Positions 37,088 to 49,634 of a stretch of DNA of 60,000 nucleotides are shown here, piece by piece (positions within the stretch are counted from its first letter, which is position 1; each line of letters opens with the position of its first letter). Source of the stretch: Felis catus (taxonomy: Eukaryota); assembly GCF_018350175.1 (NCBI RefSeq), contig NC_058368.1:79796001-79856000 (forward strand). Direction: 5' to 3'. Below the pieces are notes generated by a model. That model searched no databases. It was not told the DNA's origin and saw only the letters and a program-made list of their open reading frames with translations. Position numbers and translations under genes: made by a program.

Positions 37088-37265
37088 TGTCTTAGTCTGT
37101 TTGGCTTTCTACTACAAAACCCGCCAGGTTGGGTGCCATATACACACGAGAAATTTACATATCACGGTTCTGGAGTCTGGAAGCCTGAGGTCCCCTGTTT
37201 CTCCCTTCTGTGCGGAATGACCTCTGCTCCCAGATCCTAGCACTTAGGTTGGGACCGTTCAGATA
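37088..37265 (-). mobile_element. MLT1A-like LTR fragment (internally deleted)
   Basis: 'tgtcttagtctgtttggct..tactacaaaa..gaaatttac.tatcacggttctggagtctggaag'. Confidence 0.75.
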
Positions 37266-38039
37266 CTCCGCAAAAAGCAGCCTAGGGAGCAAATCCTCTT
37301 TGTTTGTCTGGGGAGATCTGTTCCCAATTCCACACAACAGACTGGAGCGTGAACTATAGGACAGGATCCATTTGCGAGTTGGAGCTGTCTGGAAAAGAGA
37401 GTACCGACCTGACCCCACTGAAGAAAAAAATCTGGGCTAGTTCTTTCCGATGGTGATGGGCATTGTTAGTGTTTTCAGTAAGACAGGAACAAACAAGACT
37501 GCATTTAAGAGTTTAGAGAGGGGAAGAAATGTTTCCTTTTGGGAAGCAACAACCATATGTGCAAAATAACAAGCAGGGTTTACTGATCATTCGATGGGGG
37601 AAAAAATAAAGACTAAGAAAGGCAGGCCCGAGTTCCCAAGGAACGCTAATTATAAAGATTTTAAGCGGATGAACTCCAGATCAAAGCCCACAGTCCTCTG
37701 ATAAGATCACATACTTGTTAATGGAACAGAGTGTCATCAACTTATTTTTAGCTCAGGAACCAGAATACTTCAGTGTCACATGATCATAGTGTGACACAGG
37801 TGGCCCAAAATCAGGGCAGCTTTTGTTTTTCTCCTTGGGAGCAAAGCACTAGGGTTGTTTAAGAAAAATAAGGACTCCTCCTATTTTGCAATTTCTTTTT
37901 TTTTCCACCTCTGAGACCATACTTTTTTTTATTGTATACAAATAGTTGTGTGTGCTTAAAAACATATACAATTCCTCCACATATGTGTTCAAACATAAAC
38001 TAAGGATACAAATGTTGCACTATGCGTTTAAAAAGCCAC

Positions 38040-38535
38040 TTGGTAGTTTTCTACTGTGTTGTAACAAATTACCCTTGAGTTGGTAATTTGTTAAACAATA
38101 CGAATTTATTATGTTACTATTGTGGAGATCAGACATACAAAATGGGTCTTCCTGGGCTCAAGTCACGGAGGCAGGACCTCCGTCCTTCTGGAGGCTCCAG
38201 TGGAGAATCTGCTTGCTTGCCTTTTCCGGTTTTGCAAGACCACCCCCTTCCTTGGCTTGCAGCCCCTCCCCCAACAAACAGCAGGTGCCTGTAGGCAAGC
38301 CAGGCCCTTGTCACCCCGACATCTCCCTGGCTCTCTGGCAATGGGAAAGGCTCTCAGATCTTAAGGAATCCTGCAATTACATTGGGCCCACCTGGATAAT
38401 GCAGAATGTTCTCCCATCTCAAGGTCCTTAACCTTAATCACACCCACAAAGTCCATGTGCCAAGCAAGGTAACATATGCGCAGGTTCCAAGACAGGGTGT
38501 GGACATCTTGGGGGGCCATTATCCTGCCTACTACA
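38040..38535 (-). mobile_element. MaLR solo LTR (MLT1D/E-like)
   Basis: 'ccttctggaggctccagtggagaatc', 'attacattgggcccacctggataat', 'atctcaaggtccttaaccttaatcaca' and the end 'ggggccattatcctgcctactaca'. Confidence 0.88.
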
Positions 38536-39581
38536 GCCACCATAGCATTTCTACTAACTTCCCCCATCCCCATTCTAAAATTAGCATGTGCTTTTCCTTC
38601 ATATTAAGGCAATCGTCAAGTTGTCTGTGATCAAGGCTTTGGGAGGAAACCCCATACATCTAATTCCACTATCACTCTATATTTAACAGGACAGATTAGG
38701 AGTAGCGTTTATCCAGAGAACCTCAGAGTTGACAGAAGCCAGGGAGGAATCCCATGGCCCCCACAATACAGAGGTCCAAAGCCTGCATTCATGCACCACA
38801 GTAGGAGCAGGCTGCCCCTCTCCAAGCACGTCCCCACTTCTTGAATCCTAGGCCTCCTACTTACCTCCTCCTCAGTCTCTTTCATACTATACTCCTTGTC
38901 CTCTCTATTTGGGCCCTTTTGCCAATGCTGACCTCATGGTTTCTGGAGGATGGCACGCAGTCCCTCGCATTCCCGGGCATTTATTTCCCTAGATGCTTCC
39001 ATCTACCATGATTCAGCTGCTGGTATAGCACTGCTGTTTTGGTGCTCAACTCTTGTTCTCCCTGGGTCTCCACGCTGAACATGAACAGGTCATTTAGCGA
39101 CAGATGTGCCCTGATGTCCTTCAGGGCTTAACTTTTTATATCCAAGTGGGACTTCCTCGCTACTCCTTGATCAAAAATTCATTTTAATTTTTGTATTCTC
39201 AATCCTGGCTAGTAATATCATCATCATCATGCACTCAAGATAGCAAATATGAGAGTCTTGCCATCAACCCAGATTCTTGCCTATCCTAAAATAAACACTT
39301 TTTAATAAGTTTTTGAAATCTGCTTATTCTATCTGAGAAGTGTCTTTCAAGTCCAGTCTTTCATTTCCTTGAAAAGACAGAAGACATAAAAGATAGACAC
39401 ATAGAGAAGCAAAGTACTCTTTTTCTCCCAGATAACAGTCAAGGACATTACCTGCCCCAAGGTTCAAGGGTGGAAGTTTCTTACAGTATTATCATGCAAT
39501 GACCTGCCATATTCCTAAAGTTCCACAAAATAAGTTTCCAAGATACATCTATGGGAACATGCTATCAGAATGTCATTTCCA

Positions 39582-39800
39582 GGGGCACCTGGGTGGCTCA
39601 GTCGGTTGGGCATCTGACTTCGGCTCAGGTCATGATCTTGCGGTCCATGAGTTCGAGCCCCGTGTCGGGCTCTGTGCTGACAGCTCAGAGCCTGGAGCCT
39701 GCTTCGGATTCTGTGTCTCCCTCTCTCTCTGCCCCTCCCCTGCTCATGCTCTGTCTTTGTCTCAAAAATAAATAAATGTTAAAAAAAAAATCTTAAAAAA
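39582..39800 (+). mobile_element. Can-SINE
   Basis: Full body; perfect 15-bp TSD AGAATGTCATTTCCA at 39567-39581 and 39801-39815. Confidence 0.97.
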
Positions 39801-41298
39801 AGAATGTCATTTCCACTGCTATGGTGCTTCTGTGTTGACCGGAATAATTATTAGAGCACAGAATGTTTTCAAGTGGAAACTTTGGAAAAACTCAGTTGTA
39901 AATGCAGCGTACGCACAACCATAGTGTCCTAAGTGGTGTCGCCATGAATTTCCTGCCATCAAACCAGCTGATGACTTGGGGTCCAGGGGCAGGGGGTGGC
40001 GATATTGCAAAAATATCCTTATTTTGAAACCTCAGAGGTCATAACTCTGCTTTTACAAACCATCATGCATTTTCACGGCCACCCACAAGTAAATGTCACC
40101 AGGCACTTAGCATTTTGATCCCTGAATCGTGTTTTCTCCAGGCACTACCTGAACACGATGTTGAGTGTGTCAAGCCTTGGCCCTTCCTCCTCACACTGTG
40201 CTACAACCCTGCCAGAATCTCCATTTGTGTCCCTGGCACCACCCTTGGTCCAGGGTCCAGCGGTGCATTGCCCTGCGTTGATCCTGTATTGATGTCAACT
40301 AGGATGTGCAACATTGCATTGATATCAACTAGGATTCACTGATATCAACCAGGATGTGCAACAAACAGGTCTTCATAACCTGATGTAAATCAGCCACAGG
40401 GGTCTCTTCAACATTGACAAACCCAAGAATGTCTCACTAACTAAAACAGATTTTATATTCTCTGTGCGTATCGCACACAGATTGGCAGTTACTTTTCATC
40501 AGAACTATTAGTTACCTTATTGTCCTCATTTCAGCATGTGGACCAATCCGATAAAATGCTAATTTCATTCTGAAGTCTTGTGATATTTTGTTCTTAACAT
40601 CACATTAATTTCATTTTGAATTGGCACGTTTTTGTAGAAATTACTTTGAAGTAACTTACAATGTAATTCCAAAGAACTTTAAAAGGTATGATTATCTCCT
40701 GATGCAATAGATTAGTCCGGGCTTCCTAATGATATGTTTCCAATAAGTAAAAAAATGTCCCACTATACATTTCATTTTTTTCTGTTTTCTTTCACCTCTT
40801 TTGAGATTCATCAGCAACCCTCTTCCACAAAACACTGCAAAGTTGAAGTGGTTTTGAATGCATTTTATTTCATTTTCTTTTTTAATCAGGGCTTTTTACA
40901 ATTAGAAATGCCTGGTTTTTAAAATTCTACTGCCCCACTACAGAACATTCAAATATTAATTCATTTTTATTTAATCATAAAAATAATGCATTAATATGAT
41001 TTAAAAAGCGCACATTTTTATCTTTCATTCCTCTGGTGTTCTCTATTACAATTTTTTAAACTACACATTTAACCATATCACTTTAGGCAATGTCTATTGA
41101 ATCACACTTTTAATGTTAAATTAGGTTTATATTACTGTACAACAACTATATTCTCCTCTGTAAGCCTTGACAAATCATCCATACTTTATCTAAAGGACTG
41201 TCTTAAACTAAAATGCTATAATCACATTTACAACATTAGGATTGTGGAAACATCGCCACCGCAGAAATGAATGTGCAGTCCGACTCTTGAGCAAGAAA

Positions 41299-42025
41299 CG
41301 TCATCATACATCACATCGTACATCATACACACATCATATATCACGTGTAATCATAACACGTCACACCATACATGATGAATACATCATATAGACATCACGC
41401 ATACATCATGCATCACACCATACGTCATACATACATCATACATCACAAATACACGTCATACATCACACCTTGCATAAATCACACAGATATCATTCATCAC
41501 ACATCAGACATAATCATGCATTGCGTCATCCATCATGTATAATTCATGCATCAGACTACACATCATACATCACGTCATACATATATCATATATCTCATGC
41601 ATACATCATACACCATGCCTATATCACACAGACATCTACATCATACATCACATCTTGTATCACATGCATACAGTATACATACATCATACATCACATGTGC
41701 ACATCATACATCACACCATACACCATGCACACATCATATATAACATAAATACACATGTACCACATCATACGTCATGTATCACATCATGCATACATCATGC
41801 ATCACAACATACATCATGCATTGTATGCATCCATCATGCATGCATCCTGCATCACATTGTACATCATACATACACCATATGTTGCATGCATGTGTGATAC
41901 ATCATACATCACACCATGCACACATCATACATGCACCACACATCGCATCATTCATCATACATATATCCTGCATCGCATCAGACATCATGCAGACATCATG
42001 TATAACATCATACATCATATATCAT
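41299..42025. repeat. Degenerate CATCATA/CATCACA/CATCATG low-complexity tandem array
   Basis: About 725 nt of G-poor CAT/CAC-based units; produces the His/Ile/Thr-rich ORFs in the track. Confidence 0.95.
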
Positions 42026-42499
42026 TGTCAGGGAATGGCCCACCCATCGAACATTTAGGGGAGTGACATTAAATTCATTTATGTCCCTTTTTGTTTGGCT
42101 GGTTTCTTGTTTTTCTTCTGGGTTTGTCTTGCGCTCCTCCTGAGCCAGCTTCAGTTGTCACTACTCCTAAATCCCGGGTCCCGTTTCTTTCCTGCACTCC
42201 TGTTCCGTGCTGCTCAAGTGCATCTGGGTAAGTGTTTGCCTGCACGTGTGAAGACGAAAGCTCCCCCAGTGCTGGCAGGTGCCAAATAGTGTTATGTTGC
42301 CCAACACTTTGCTGGGTATTAGCTCAGCATGAATGCTCAGCTCAAAACCATTTGCCACCAAGCTGGATAGACCAGTCCCTCATGGGCAGACTCAATGCTA
42401 ACTGTTGTCTCCTCCATGAAGATTCTTACTCCAGGAGGTGCATGCGTACCTTCTTACGTCTTTGGGATCTGCACTCGAAAGCAGCTTCTGAGGGAGGCC

Positions 42500-42723
42500 T
42501 TGCCTGTACACCTCACCTGCGCTCTTTCCCCAGGCAACACCTCACAGCCCCTCTCCCTGCTTCTTCTCTCTCTGAAGCCTTTAACGTCATCTACTAATCG
42601 ATGTATCTTACTCGTCCATCTGCGCATTACCCTTCTGAGCTTGTGTCCAGAGCTGCACTTGGCACATAGAAAACACTGAGTAAATAAAAATAAATATCAT
42701 AAATATCATTGTTGGATGAATGA
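42500..42723 (+). mobile_element. L2 3' end relic
   Basis: 'cttggcacatagaaaacactgagtaaata...ttgttggatgaatga' is the L2 terminus. Confidence 0.7.
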
Positions 42724-44090
42724 GGAAACTGGGAAGCCACTGTCCTGCTGTCTTCCTGTGTCCCCTCGAAGCAAGTCCTCTGGTGTTGACATCACCCTTG
42801 TCATGCCCTAGGTGACTGGTGTGTGCTTGGCTCACTCTGTAAGCATCTGGGCTTGTGTCTTCACGCTCGCTCGTCCAAGCCACAGGTCGTGTTTCCAGGA
42901 CAGCTCATTGTTTGTAAGTTATTCTTCTTAGCTGTTCCCAGCTGAAAACTGAAATCCCTCTCAGCTCAAGGACACCTTTCCCCTTTTCTCTCCTTGATCT
43001 ACTCTTTCCTTCCATGAACTCCACTCTCCACTCTGAAAGTCCTGAATCTATTTCCCACACCTCAAAACGTGGCTCTTAGCTTCCCATGTCTGTCTGATGA
43101 GCTGAAATCTTCTTAACATTCTTTTCCAGATCACCACTGGCTCTTCAGCCAAGTCCATTCTGCCATTTAGCCCATCCAGACAGCTTTAATTTCAACGATC
43201 CTATTTGATAAGAACTCTTTTTTACTCTCCTATAGCTCCTCTTTCAAAGCAAACTCTTCATGTTTTATGGAGGAATTATCCTCTCATTGCTCGCTAAACA
43301 TTAGAAAGTGTCACATTCTTTTCTGTTCCGTGAAGTGTTCATGCTTCCTCAAGGGTTGGCTGTTTTGCTTGAGGGTCATGATTGCTTTTCGTCAAACTCT
43401 TGAATGCTTCGGATATCTGGTGATCCTGGGGGTGTTTTCTTGTGTTGTGGGAAGATCTGTTCCATCTACTGCAGGCAGTCGGAGTGTGTTGCTTTTGTGG
43501 CTATATTCTTTCTGCCTCTCACAGGGCTCCCCCAGGGCGCCTGGCTCGCTGTGCATCACTGAAGATGAGCTCTGCTGATGGACTGTGGGGAGGGAGCTAC
43601 CAGGGAATCCTCAGTCACTGTCCTGAGCCCCAGGTGACTCTGGAGTATGATGGTTCCCTGTATTTCTGTCTTGGAAGGAGCTGCTGTCTTTTTAAACTTT
43701 CCTCTCTTCTCTGTCTTCCACAGGGACTGGGCTGACTATAAGGACCAGCCTCTGTCTCCAGGCCTTTCCAGGCTCGGGGGCTGCTTCCTCCAGAGAGCAG
43801 TGTGCCAGCACCAGCTGAAGGTTCTGAGAAGGGCGCCCAAGGACCGCTGCGCTAAGCATTTCTCAACTAATCATTCCCGCTATTGGATAGTCAATGCCTG
43901 CCTTGAAACTTCTCTGGGATCTCCTGGGAAGGCCCGTGACATTCTCCCCCATTGCTGTGAGTGAGTCTCTTTGCTCTAGATCCCCACCCCTGGCCCCAAA
44001 TGCTTTCCCTCTTGCAGGAATCCCTTGACATTCCCTGCTTCCTGGAGATCTTGTCTTTGTTTCTTCTGGATTTTAAAAGAATGGAAACAT

Positions 44091-44305
44091 GGGGCACCTG
44101 GGGGGCTCAGTGGGTTGAGCGTCTGACTTCGGCTCAGGTCATGATCTCGCGGTTCGTGAGTTTGAGCCCCGCATCAGGCTCTGTGCTGACAGCTCGGAGC
44201 CTGGAGCCTGCTTCGGATTCTGTGTCTCCCTCTCTGTCTGCCCCTCCCCTGCTTTTGCTCATTCTCTGTCTGTCTCTCAAAAATAAATAAACATTAAAAA
44301 AATTC
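44091..44305 (+). mobile_element. Can-SINE
   Basis: Full body; TSD (TTT)AAAAGAATGGAAACAT at 44072-44090 and 44306-44324. Confidence 0.97.
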
Positions 44306-44646
44306 TTTAAAAGAATGGAAACATGATTTCTATTTCTCAAATATTTGATTTCATACCTTTTGACAGGTAAAGCGTGTTTACAAGAGTGATTTTTATTGTT
44401 CTACCAAGTTGCCTCCTCTCTCCAAACCTTTCCTCAACCCCACATTGCTAATTATTTGCTTCACTTCATGCTATAAAGACAGCTAACAATCTTTCTGCTA
44501 CCCTAATGCATTCTTGTATTTGATTTGATATTTGTCAATTGGACTAAGAAATTGCAAATCACAGTAGTTGTCTTTTACATCACTAGTTTAAAAATCTTTC
44601 CTGTAATCTACTTTGGATTCCTCTTTCGATTAAAGTCCTATTTAGA

Positions 44647-44854
44647 GGGGTGCTTGGGTGGCTCAGTTGGTTAGGCATCCGACTTCAGCTCAGGTCATTA
44701 TCTCATAGTCGGTGATTTCAAGCCCCGCGTCGGGCTCTGTGCTGACAGCTCAGCGCCCGGAGCCTGCTTTGGATTCTGTGTCTCCCTCCCTGCTCTTGCT
44801 CTGTCTCTCTCTGTCTCAAAAATAAATTAAAAAAAAAAAAACATTTAAAAAATT
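44647..44854 (+). mobile_element. Can-SINE
   Basis: Full body; degenerate TSD TAAAGT(CC/AA)TATTTAGA on both sides. Confidence 0.95.
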
Positions 44855-46329
44855 TAAAGTAATATTTAGAAACACACAGACTCCCCTTTTACTGCACTAA
44901 CAACATCATGAGGTGTTCATAGCTTGAGAGCAAGTTTTAGAAATCTCAGGTGGGGTCTTCCCGCTCAAATCAACGATGTGTCCTTTACATTCTAAGCTTG
45001 CCCATTCTAAGCACAAGACACCGAAAGTAAACCACCTGACTCTCATCTCCCAAGAAGTTAGTAAACCTTCTGAGGGTCCATATTAGCCCAGTAAGATGAA
45101 CCATCCCTGTACCCTCCTTGCTTCCAAAAATGGGATGAAACTCAAAGTCCATAAAGGTAGTTACAACAAAGAAGAAGGAAAAGCCCAAGGAATTGTGCCC
45201 AAGAAGGGGACACTGTACAGAGTGGTGTGGAGGAGAAGGAAACTTCTAACAGATATTTCAAATAAAATTCATCGTTTTTCCTGATTGTTCATATTTAGTT
45301 GTTTTTTAGAAACCCAATATTAAAAAGATTTTTGTGAAAATAAACAGAAATTTAAGGTATCTGAGGCTTCCTGTTATATTGGAGTATAAATCTCAGATTA
45401 CTTAAAGATAAGTACAAAAGTTCTAGGATCTTTAGAATCCTCAGATAAAAACATTGTCTGAAAACATTCTGGACTTCAGTCTTGAGTAGGAACTAAATTT
45501 TAAGAGATCCTCGTTCAGAGATGAAAAGGACACGAAGGGAAAAGGTAATAATGGAGTCCTGCAAACTGCTTAAAATACCAACAGAAAACCCAGTCCAGCC
45601 TCTGTCCTGCCTCTCACCCCACATGCCAATTACGATGGCACCCGCCTTTGCCCTCACCCTTGACAACTCAATTCCAAACGCCAAGTCCAACCCTGAAACT
45701 ACCTCAGGGAAAAATAAACAGTGCAGAACAACCCAAGCACGTCACAACCCTCCCTGCCAAAAAGCCTCGAGATCAGTGCCTGATCTTTACATGGACTCAA
45801 GTAGGATTCACATCCATCTGACAGAGCAATTTAGTTCAGGGACCATCCACCATTCTTCCTTCCGTGGCTCCTGGTCTCTCGCATGAGCTCACAGAACTGT
45901 TTTTGTTTCTAAAGATGGTAGGAAATGAATCCCACAGGCCTGGCTGTCTATACACCCTAGGGATTCAAGCAAACCTTTGGAAAATGCCAGTCATCTCCAC
46001 ATCCAGAGTCCGGGGTTGCAGCCCCAAATGCCCAGATGCTGTCCAGGTCATGGGGAAAGGAGCCTCCCTGAGGGCCCTCCCCACCTTCTGGGCTTGCTCT
46101 TCAGCCCTGGTCCTCCATAAAACCCCATCTGCAGACCCTTCCCTGGGACCTTCGCCCCTGCCCAGTGAAGAGGGGGACGGACCTCCAGCAGGCAGGGGTC
46201 CTGCCTCTCCTGCTGCAAAGGAGATAGGCGCACATCTGAATGGTAGACTCTTTAAGAAACAGTAATTCATCTTAGAGAAGCCTGGCCTGGGAACTTGGCA
46301 TGCTTTGCACATAAAAGCAGCCAGCTAAG

Positions 46330-46665
46330 AGACACCGCGGACGCACGGGTGGAGCGAGAACACCAGTGCAGAGGCAGAGCGGGCTAGGTGACCGCAAGCC
46401 CCGAGACCGAGAACTCACGGAGCACATGACCGAGTGCTCCCGGAGACGCGGAGCCAGCGCACATTGTTGCTTGGCGCCCTGCGCTTTTGCAACAGCCGCC
46501 GCGCTCCTCTCCAGTCGCCAGTGGGTATGAGCGGAACGCTAGAAAAATGAACCATAGTGCTTCTATTTATTTATAAAAACCAAAAAACATAGCTCTGATA
46601 GCTCATAAGGCTTCCATGGCAGAAGCTGAATTGAAACTTCAGAAGAATTAAGCCCCGCCCACTCT
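46330..46665 (-). promoter_or_regulatory. Small CpG cluster with candidate TATA/GC-box promoter and first exon
   Basis: About 23 CpGs in 46331-46540; TATAAATA on the minus strand at 46568-46575; GC box CCCCGCCC at about 46653-46660; minus-strand donor CC|GTGAGT after 46419. Function is inferred. Confidence 0.4.
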
Positions 46666-47099
46666 GGCAAATATCCCCTGAATGGGGTCTGGGGACCTGC
46701 CAGCCACTTGTGTCAGTCATTTCCTGTTCTGCCCACAAACCAGGTAGTGCTCTGTGCCCCGAGCTCTGACTGTCCCCTCCTCCTAACACAAAGAAAGAAG
46801 CACAAATCAGAAATCAGAAGGCTGTGGAATCTACTCCCCACACTCGCAGAGAAATGGGCAAAACGTTGATTCAATTTAGCCCAGGCTCAGGGAGTCTAGT
46901 ATTTTCTGTTTTATTTTCCTAATAAAATAGCGTTTTTGTGATAATACATTATGGTTTCATTGTGCACGTCCTAAAGAATGTTGTCTTTTTTAAACATCCT
47001 GTGGCACAGAGGTGCAGATCTGATTTTCGGGACTTTCTCCTTTTGTATTTTTGTTAACAAGTACAACTTGGATAGAAAATGACACTCTGTGTGTATGAC

Positions 47100-47101
<2 letters not shown>

Positions 47102-47145
<44 letters not shown>
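47102..47145. repeat. (TG)22 microsatellite
   Basis: Perfect dinucleotide run. Confidence 0.98.
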
Positions 47146-47146
<1 letters not shown>

Positions 47147-48199
47147 ATACACAGAGTATGCTAAAGACTTGACACACAGTGATGCATTCACTGCCTACAA
47201 AAGCCTTAAGGGTGGGATTCTCATCCACCCACACAGGTGAGGAGCCTGGGTCTTGGTTAGGTTATAACCAAAGGACTTCAGGACCTGTCGTGGTCTCACA
47301 AGCTGCATCATTGCTGGGCCAGATGGCTGCCTCTGGACCTCACCACACCCCCTCCACACCTGTGAGAAAGAGCCAGGTCTACCTTCCTTAGACCCCTTTC
47401 CCCATTCAGTTGAAGCCTGGAGTTTAGCCAAAGACAGATCCTGAGTGGACGAGAGGCCCCTTCTGGGAGCATTGCCTGCTTTCCAGCTCTTCCCTGGCAC
47501 TGTCTCATTCCCCTTGGGACCCTTTCCAAAGATGCACCCTGGTTAGATAAGAGCTGCAGCTAGATCCCCAGAAATGCACACAACCAGGGTCGAGCAGGGA
47601 AGAGGTGCCAGCAGGGGTGGAGCTGAGGAAGAAGGTCGCCAGGCCAGGCGCCCAGTCACTGTCTCAAAGGCAGGCGGCATAATCCTGCTCCGTAGATGGT
47701 AAAGCCGGGAGCACATGCAGTCAGCCCAGGGCCAACAGCTTACAAATGTCAGCGGAGATTCAAGCCCCATGCTCCCGGGCTCTCACAAGCAGGTGCTCCT
47801 TGGCCCCCAGAAATGTGCCCCTCTCGAGGAGGGACTGGTGGGGGTCGCTGTCTGGAGGTGAGACAGATGGCCGCAGGATTTCAGGGCGAATGGGGCTGGG
47901 GTGTGCATGGGGAAAGCCATTTGCCACAAGGGCCATAAAGGGAAGAATCTGAGCCTGCAGAAAAGACGTTGTTGGCGTTCCTTCCCAAAGAACATCCACG
48001 GCAGCCGCAGAAGCGGTGGGCACTGATGCCAGGTCTGGGGGTCTCTGACGTGACTCGGTACCGGGTCTCCAACCTGAGGGCAAGCTGCAGGAAGGTCTGA
48101 AGGCTGGCCTTGACCCGGCACCCCCGAGGGGGTGGGACTGCAGAGCCGGCCACTAATGCCAGGCGTGGCCTCTGTGTGAACACCGCACCTGTCTTCCAG

Positions 48200-48708
48200 G
48201 AGCAGATGCCAACAGGGACTCTGTCTCTCCCACCGTGAAAAGGCAGCCTGACTTTAAATGCCCCTGCTGTCAGCATCCCAGAAGACAGGAGGTGGGGTAA
48301 CACGCCATCACGGACTCCACTGACCGAGTGTCTGAGCCCAGGTAAGTATCTGCTTGTCCGTCTGCTCGGATGCTCTACGTGTGCACCTGTGTTTTTGCCT
48401 GCCTTCCTTTCTCATATTTTATACTTCCCCTTTGCTGCTCTCTGACCATATTCTATGACCACGGTGTATTTTTATTAGTTTTAGCTTGGTCTTTGTTCCC
48501 TATTCTTAATTTAAACTTATGATGGCTAGCACACTCAATTTGCTTTGCAAAAAGCAAACAAAAGGAAGTAGCTTTTTATTACAAGCTCTAGTTGATTTTC
48601 CCTGCAGCGCGCTCGGGAGGCAAGAAGCTCCCTCGCCTCCAACACGCAGCCCATGACGAAGACGACGTGGCTCCTTGTCACTTCTATGTCTGCACAACCT
48701 GACCGAAG
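48200..48708 (+). other. Two candidate non-coding exons (48200-48341 and 48608-48708)
   Basis: Acceptor 'cctgtcttccag|' and donor 'CAG|GTAAGTAT' for the first; acceptor 'gattttccctgcag|' and donor 'AAG|GTAACT' for the second. The first has stops in all three frames. Confidence 0.3.
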
Positions 48709-48930
48709 GTAACTTTCCTGAGAGGAGCCCACTGGCCACACCCCAGGGCCCTGGGTCCTCCAGCAAAGGGGGGAACCCATGTCCTGGTCCAGGTAACGTG
48801 TGGGAGCACAGGTGACTGGGGATTGCAAAGAAGATAGAAGGAGACCCAGAGAATCCCGGCTTCTGATAATGCTGTCCAGTAAAAGACACTTCCAAGCTCT
48901 GTGTGCAAAAACAGCACGTCTGACGGCATT

Positions 48931-48953
48931 AAAAAAAAAAAAAAAAAAAAAAA
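48931..48953. repeat. Poly(A) run of about 23 nt
   Basis: Directly visible; no attached element recognised. Confidence 0.9.
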
Positions 48954-49285
48954 GCCAATTGAATAAGATACCCTGAGGCCACTGGCAATGCTGAGAGATC
49001 AGGAATCAATAGATTTCCTTGTGATTATACATCTTCCAAGAATGTCATTACAAGAGAACTCACAGACAAAAATCCACAAAGCATTCGCTTGGTGACGGTT
49101 GCCCAAATATTCGGCCTTGATGAACAATTTACAATAATGTTTTCAAACGGGACACTAACTCCAAAAACCAGCCATTGGTCTATCCCAGAGGAGGGGGAAT
49201 GGGAGCACATTATCTCACTTCACGACTTACTTCTCTTCAGCAGGAAACTACAAAACGTTGAACCATAGTAGAAGGTAATGGGACA

Positions 49286-49489
49286 AGGGTGCCTGGGTGG
49301 CTCAGTTGGTTGAACATCTGACTTTGGCTCACTTTGTGAGTTCAAGCCCTGCATCAGGCTCTGTGCTGACAGCCTGGAGCCTGCTTTGGATTCTGTGTCT
49401 CCCTCTCTTTCTGTCCCTCCCCCACTCAAGCTCTGTCTCTCTCTCTCTCTCTCTCTCAAAAACAAATAAACATTAACAAAAAAATTTTT
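49286..49489 (+). mobile_element. Can-SINE with internal deletions
   Basis: TSD AAGGTAA(T/C)GGGACA at 49272-49285 and 49490-49503. Confidence 0.95.
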
Positions 49490-49634
49490 AAGGTAACGGG
49501 ACAGATGATACTTGATGCCATAAAGATCAGCACGGGGCAGCTTTCCGAAATGCCCTTAGGGGAAACTTTATTTTACATTTCACAAAGCTAGGTATGTTAT
49601 GTCGTTCCTGTTATAGGATAAAGCATCAGATTTT

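Noticed and set aside
41470..42066. His-rich ORFs suggesting a metal-binding protein
   Set aside because: Several frames are open at once because of CAT-repeat composition; no other coding evidence.
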